A stretch of 64,000 bases of DNA from Rhynchopus sp. YZ270_cl-10 (Eukaryota). The position numbers were made by a program, and so were the translations under genes. Under the pieces are notes generated by a model. That model was not told the origin of the DNA. It was given only the letters and a program-made list of their open reading frames with translations, and did not search any database. The first letter of the stretch is position 1, and every line of letters starts with the position of its first letter. This document shows positions 59,710-64,000 of the stretch, one piece after another. Location: contig OZ037841.1 in NCBI GenBank assembly GCA_964035575.1, positions 1,550,001-1,614,000 on the forward strand, in the 5' to 3' direction.

Positions 59710-60738
59710 ATGTATATTACGGTGCAGTCCTTTGATGGGGAGCAGTACGTCGTTGAGGTGTGTGAGGGTGACACGGTGGTGGACCTGCGCAAAAAGGCGG
59801 CAGCAGCAACGGGACTGGGCGAAGGCAACTTCCTGATGGGCTTCGGGGGGAGGGACGACGTCGAGGACATCACGCAGCTGAGTTGTGGGGACACAGTCGT
59901 CCTCGCGTCATCGAAGAAGCACGCTGCCATCGTGGCGCTCGCTGCCCTGGGTGTAACGGACGTCTCAACGGAGGCCCTGGCAGCGAGACGTGGCTGTGAC
60001 ACAACCGCATACTTGATCCTGCAGGCGGACGCCCTCATTGCCATCCCTAACGACACCCTCATCAAATCGTCTCTCACCGAGCTGGACCTCAGTGGTGCGC
60101 CGCAGTTGCAAGAAATTGGGAGTAGGTTCATGTACCTCTCTACCCAGCTGACAACAGTCGACTTATCTGGACTGACCAACGTCACAAAGATTGGTCGGAG
60201 CTTTCTGAACTGCGACTCGTTGACAACGATTGATCTGTCCGGGCTGCGTAGCGTCACGCACATCATGGGAGGCTTTCTAGCGAACTGCAGGTTGCTGACG
60301 GATCTTGACTTATCAGGGTTGGAGAGGGTAGTGCATATAGGCGAGTTTTTTCTTTCGAGCTGCTCAGGATTAACGGGGCTGGACTTTTCGAGATTGAGAA
60401 GCGTGCGGCAGGTGGATACTCGCTTTCTTGCGTACTGCTCGGGGTTGACGACACTTAACCTTTCTGGGTTGCGCAATGTGGGCACGTTGCAGTTCTTTCT
60501 CTCAGATTGCGTGAGCCTAGCGCACCTCGATCTCTCAGAGCTTCGTGGCGTCACCAGAATAGGCGTGGGCTTTCTCGAGGGCTGCACCGGGTTGAAAACC
60601 CTCAACCTGTCTGGGTTCCGCAATGTCGCCAGAATTGGTGATGGGTTTCTTGACAACTGCAGCGCGTTGGAAGAGATAGACTGCTCCGAGTGCAGCGAGA
60701 AGGTGTTGGACACAGTGCCCACAGGTCTGGTCAAATAG
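59710..60738 (+). CDS. Ubiquitin-like domain plus BspA-type leucine-rich repeat protein
   Basis: 'MYITVQSFDGEQYVVEVCEGDTVVDLRKK' UBL, followed by 'LTTxDLSGLxxVxxIGxxFLxxC' repeats. Confidence 0.88.
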   Translation: MYITVQSFDGEQYVVEVCEGDTVVDLRKKAAAATGLGEGNFLMGFGGRDDVEDITQLSCGDTVVLASSKKHAAIVALAALGVTDVSTEALAARRGCDTTAYLILQADALIAIPNDTLIKSSLTELDLSGAPQLQEIGSRFMYLSTQLTTVDLSGLTNVTKIGRSFLNCDSLTTIDLSGLRSVTHIMGGFLANCRLLTDLDLSGLERVVHIGEFFLSSCSGLTGLDFSRLRSVRQVDTRFLAYCSGLTTLNLSGLRNVGTLQFFLSDCVSLAHLDLSELRGVTRIGVGFLEGCTGLKTLNLSGFRNVARIGDGFLDNCSALEEIDCSECSEKVLDTVPTGLVK

Positions 60739-61330
60739 GAACAGAGCAGCTAGGGTTCGTTGTGGTTTATGTGCTTCCAGCTCCCTGCACCTGGCATGAG
60801 GACTTCAACCCCACCACGACGTTCAATGCGAGATGTACTACACAAGGTGACCTGCGTGGAAGTTGCCGGCGACTTCGGATTGCGTACGAAATGCCTGCTC
60901 GGCAGACGTCCTCTCTATGTGAGCGTGCTCGTGCCGTTCGGAAGCTGATCAGATGCCCGAACCAACGTACCGAAACGTGTGAGCCCTCCCCTATTAGCCT
61001 GCAAGTCAACCCGCAAGAACCACGTTCATTTACTTTGTTCTTAATGGGTAGTGACACATCTTTTCAGGCTAGACTGAAACACCGACGCAAATGGACTAAA
61101 GCGAGCTTCGTCTGCATTGCAGGGATTTTGTCTTTGAGGGGCATCTTTCCCCATCTCCGCACTTCGGAAAGTTTTTCTTTTTTCTTGTTTCATTTTTATG
61201 CAACAGCCCTCCCCTTTTCTTGAATTCTTTTCCTTTTTTCTCCATCCCAAAACTCACCGACATTTCCCCAGGAGATTTAGTTTTGTTTTCCCCTCCTCCC
61301 TCCCCTGCTCTGGACCAAACACACTTCATC

Positions 61331-63154
61331 ATGTTTGAGGATATGGACTTCTCCGTCGAGACTGGCAAGCAGGCTGCGTTGTTAGCTCTGTCTCTGTACA
61401 CCGTCAACATGCTCCGCCGTTGGCTGAGCGGACGTAGTCGTGCATCCACACTTCAGGGACTTGCCGACAAACGCCGTACCGAACGCGACGCACAGCGCGC
61501 CGACGTGAAGGCAAAGATTCCTTCCTTTGCTGACATCCCCGATGGGCTGGAAATCATCCAGATGACTGCAACCGACATGGCCGAGGCCATCTCCTCCGGA
61601 AAGCACACCAGCGAGAAGATTGTCACCACCATTTGCGCCAGATCGATCCAAGCTGGCGAGGAGCTCAACGCCACCACAGAGGAACGCTACCTTGAGGCGA
61701 TCTCTGAGGCAAAGGAGAGGGATGCCGAGCAAGCTGCAGGGAAGATGCGTGGACCGCTGCATGGTGTGCCATTTTCTGTAAAGGACCAGGTGAACATGGC
61801 TGGCTTCGACTCTGCGAATGGATGTGCCGCGAAGCTCTTCCAGCCACGCACCGAGGACTCCCCCTTAGTCACCATCCTCCGCGATGCTGGGGCCATCCCC
61901 TTTGCACGCAGCAACCTGCCGCAGTGCGGCATGCTTGCCGAAACGGCGAACCACATCTACGGAACGACGTCGAACCCATACGACAAGACACGCACCTCAG
62001 GCGGCTCCAGCGGAGGAGAAGGTGTTCTTGTGTCCACAGGAGCGTCCCCTCTTGGCATCGGAAGTGACATTGGAGGGTCGATCCGCATCCCATCAAGCTT
62101 CTGTGGGATTGTTGGCTTCAAGCCGACACCGATGCGGATGACGCAGGTTGGCATGACACAGTGCAAGAAGGCGGACGAAGAGGGCCCGCAAGGACAGTAC
62201 GCGATTCAGTTGTCGACCGGACCCATGGCGCGTAGTGTGAAGGACTGTGCACTGACAATGCAGCTGTGGTGTGAACGTCAGACCGAATTTGACCCTCTTC
62301 TTGCAAAGCAGCCGTGGGACAACGCGGCTGTGCACAACGAACGCAAGCTGCGGTTTGGTGTGCTCCGCTATGACGGTGTGTTCCCGGTCTGTTCTGCCGT
62401 GCGCCGTGCGATGGACGTTGCTGTGGAAGGTCTTCGTCGTGATGGGCATGAAATCGTTGAGCTGGAATGCGACTGCACATGGAACTACGTTGCCTACGTC
62501 AAGCTCCTCATGACCGCTGACGGCGACCTCGACTCCGTCATCTCCTGCAACGACGGCGAAACCCTCCACCCCTACTACCAGCTTGCCTACGCCAGCTGCA
62601 TGCTGCCAAACTTCCTTCGCAATGGCATTGCCACCGTGCTCGGTCTTGTCGGCATGAAGCGCATGAAGATTCTTCTCGAAGACGGCGGTGCGCTCTCTGC
62701 ACGCCAATACGTGGCAGCCATCGCCACCCGCGACAGACACCGTGCTGCGTTCATGGCGATGCTCAAGGAGAAGAACGTCGACGCAGTGCTCTGTTCCCAG
62801 GCAGGGCTTCCTGCACTCAAGCACGGCGATGGAAGCAACCTCGCCCCCATATTTGGGTACACGATGCTCTGGAACAACATGCACTTCCCCGCAGGTTCGG
62901 TTCCGGTGACCAATGTGCAGCAGGGTGAGGAGTGCTACACACAGGTTGAGCAGAAGTTCAGCGATCCGGTGGTGAAAGACGCCGAGCGTAACATGAAAAA
63001 CTCGCTTGGGCTCCCTGTGGGCGTGCAGGTGGCGACCCTCCCCTACACAGATGAGCTCTGCCTCAAGGCGATGCGCGATGTGGAGAAGGCAGTACAGGGG
63101 CAGTACAAAAAGCCGCAGATGCAGGCAAACACAGCGACGATGAAGTCGGGGTGA
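61331..63154 (+). CDS. FAAH: Amidase-signature enzyme, fatty acid amide hydrolase-like
   Basis: 'GPLHGVPFSVKD' (catalytic Lys), 'GGSSGGEG', 'GSDIGGSIRIPSSFCG', 'GLPVGVQV', and an N-terminal hydrophobic anchor. Confidence 0.92.
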   Translation: MFEDMDFSVETGKQAALLALSLYTVNMLRRWLSGRSRASTLQGLADKRRTERDAQRADVKAKIPSFADIPDGLEIIQMTATDMAEAISSGKHTSEKIVTTICARSIQAGEELNATTEERYLEAISEAKERDAEQAAGKMRGPLHGVPFSVKDQVNMAGFDSANGCAAKLFQPRTEDSPLVTILRDAGAIPFARSNLPQCGMLAETANHIYGTTSNPYDKTRTSGGSSGGEGVLVSTGASPLGIGSDIGGSIRIPSSFCGIVGFKPTPMRMTQVGMTQCKKADEEGPQGQYAIQLSTGPMARSVKDCALTMQLWCERQTEFDPLLAKQPWDNAAVHNERKLRFGVLRYDGVFPVCSAVRRAMDVAVEGLRRDGHEIVELECDCTWNYVAYVKLLMTADGDLDSVISCNDGETLHPYYQLAYASCMLPNFLRNGIATVLGLVGMKRMKILLEDGGALSARQYVAAIATRDRHRAAFMAMLKEKNVDAVLCSQAGLPALKHGDGSNLAPIFGYTMLWNNMHFPAGSVPVTNVQQGEECYTQVEQKFSDPVVKDAERNMKNSLGLPVGVQVATLPYTDELCLKAMRDVEKAVQGQYKKPQMQANTATMKSG

Positions 63155-64000
63155 TTCCCTCTTCAGCGGTTTAAAGTACGAGATGTAACCTGGCGTAACT
63201 CCCTTTTTTGGTTCCAGCTATCCTGGGGGGTATTTCGGAGTGAACTACTCTATGTCTGAAGGGGGTTTTTTTCGCCTTCGTTCGCATGTCTGTTTGCACA
63301 TACAACTTCACTTTTTAAGCGCGAGGCTGAGTTTCACGGGCTTAGTCAATCTTGCCAACGTTCTTTTTTATATGTATCGCGTCTGGATAAATTGAGTCCC
63401 GTTTTTGTTTTATGTTACAACGTTTTTATGAGAGAAAAAGAATATATCACCAAGGTGGTGTATATGACAAGGAGGATGAGTTCAGTATTCTGATCCACCC
63501 GTGTGCATACGTCCTCTTTGTTTTTTTGTGTGTCTTTTTGTGTCCAGATATAGGATGTGTGCACAGGCCTTCATCTGCTAATGTTTTTTTTTGACAAGCT
63601 TTCCTCTTTGCTCTGACTCGCCTCGATCTCATTTTACATTTTTTTGCAAAATAAGAACCTGTGATACAAGCGATTTGGAACCATTTTTCAAAAGGTTTTG
63701 TTTATTCATTGAGGCTTGGGGGTATAAGGCCGTAGCGTGTTTTTTCGAGCGGTTGTGAACCGCCTCCGTTCTCTTACGGTATGGAACACTCGAACGTCCC
63801 ACCCTTTGCATGAGCACAACCGAGCTGCATTTTTACGTTTCAACTACTCTTTTATTTTTGCATCAATTGACCAATATTTTTGTTTTGTTTTCTCGCTTGA
63901 ATCTGAGGGTTACACTGATAGTAGTGTTCCAGAAGAAATAGGTCCCGACTTCTCAGACTCCCTCTCCACAGCGAGCAGATCCTGACATGTCTCGTCACAT

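Noticed and set aside
60740..61060. Possible APE endonuclease remnant ('VVVYVLP...EDFNP')
   Set aside because: Only two short, degenerate motif resemblances; not supportable without a search.
4350..63154. LTA4H and FAAH as a lipid-signalling cluster
   Set aside because: They are 55 kb apart with unrelated genes between, and euglenozoan same-strand arrays are generally not functional operons.
200..63352. Hairpin families as Fanzor/TnpB guide-RNA scaffolds or IS200/IS605-type ends
   Set aside because: No nuclease or HUH transposase ORF in the window, and conservation continues past the TCAA/TCAT tetramers; kept only as an untested alternative.

Overview
This is eukaryotic nuclear DNA, most likely from a diplonemid (Euglenozoa). 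That assignment is inferred from about 18 protein genes all on the + strand, short GT-AG introns (GTATG... donors, C/A-rich ...ACAG acceptors) and gene types such as a degenerate receptor cyclase, UBL-LRR proteins and a PTPAP-repeat surface protein. Recognisable genes: LTA4H-type M1 aminopeptidase, B-box/WW protein, GAR-domain coiled-coil protein, a very long coiled-coil protein, ZIP metal transporter, PH protein, METTL6-like tRNA methyltransferase, two ubiquitin-like/LRR proteins and a FAAH-type amidase. The standout gene (29620-32439, 4 exons reconstructed by hand) fuses a globin, a PH domain, a CAP-Gly domain and an AGC kinase, making it a candidate haem/gas-regulated kinase. Intergenic DNA holds several non-autonomous hAT-type elements (three with exact 8-bp TSDs, one nested), a TA-flanked MITE, a foldback-like element with satellites and a duplicated gene tail. 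It also holds several families of short hairpin motifs, almost all on the + strand, that keep their pairing despite sequence change and are candidates for an undescribed cis-acting or small-RNA system. All calls are by eye; no searches or folding programs were run.
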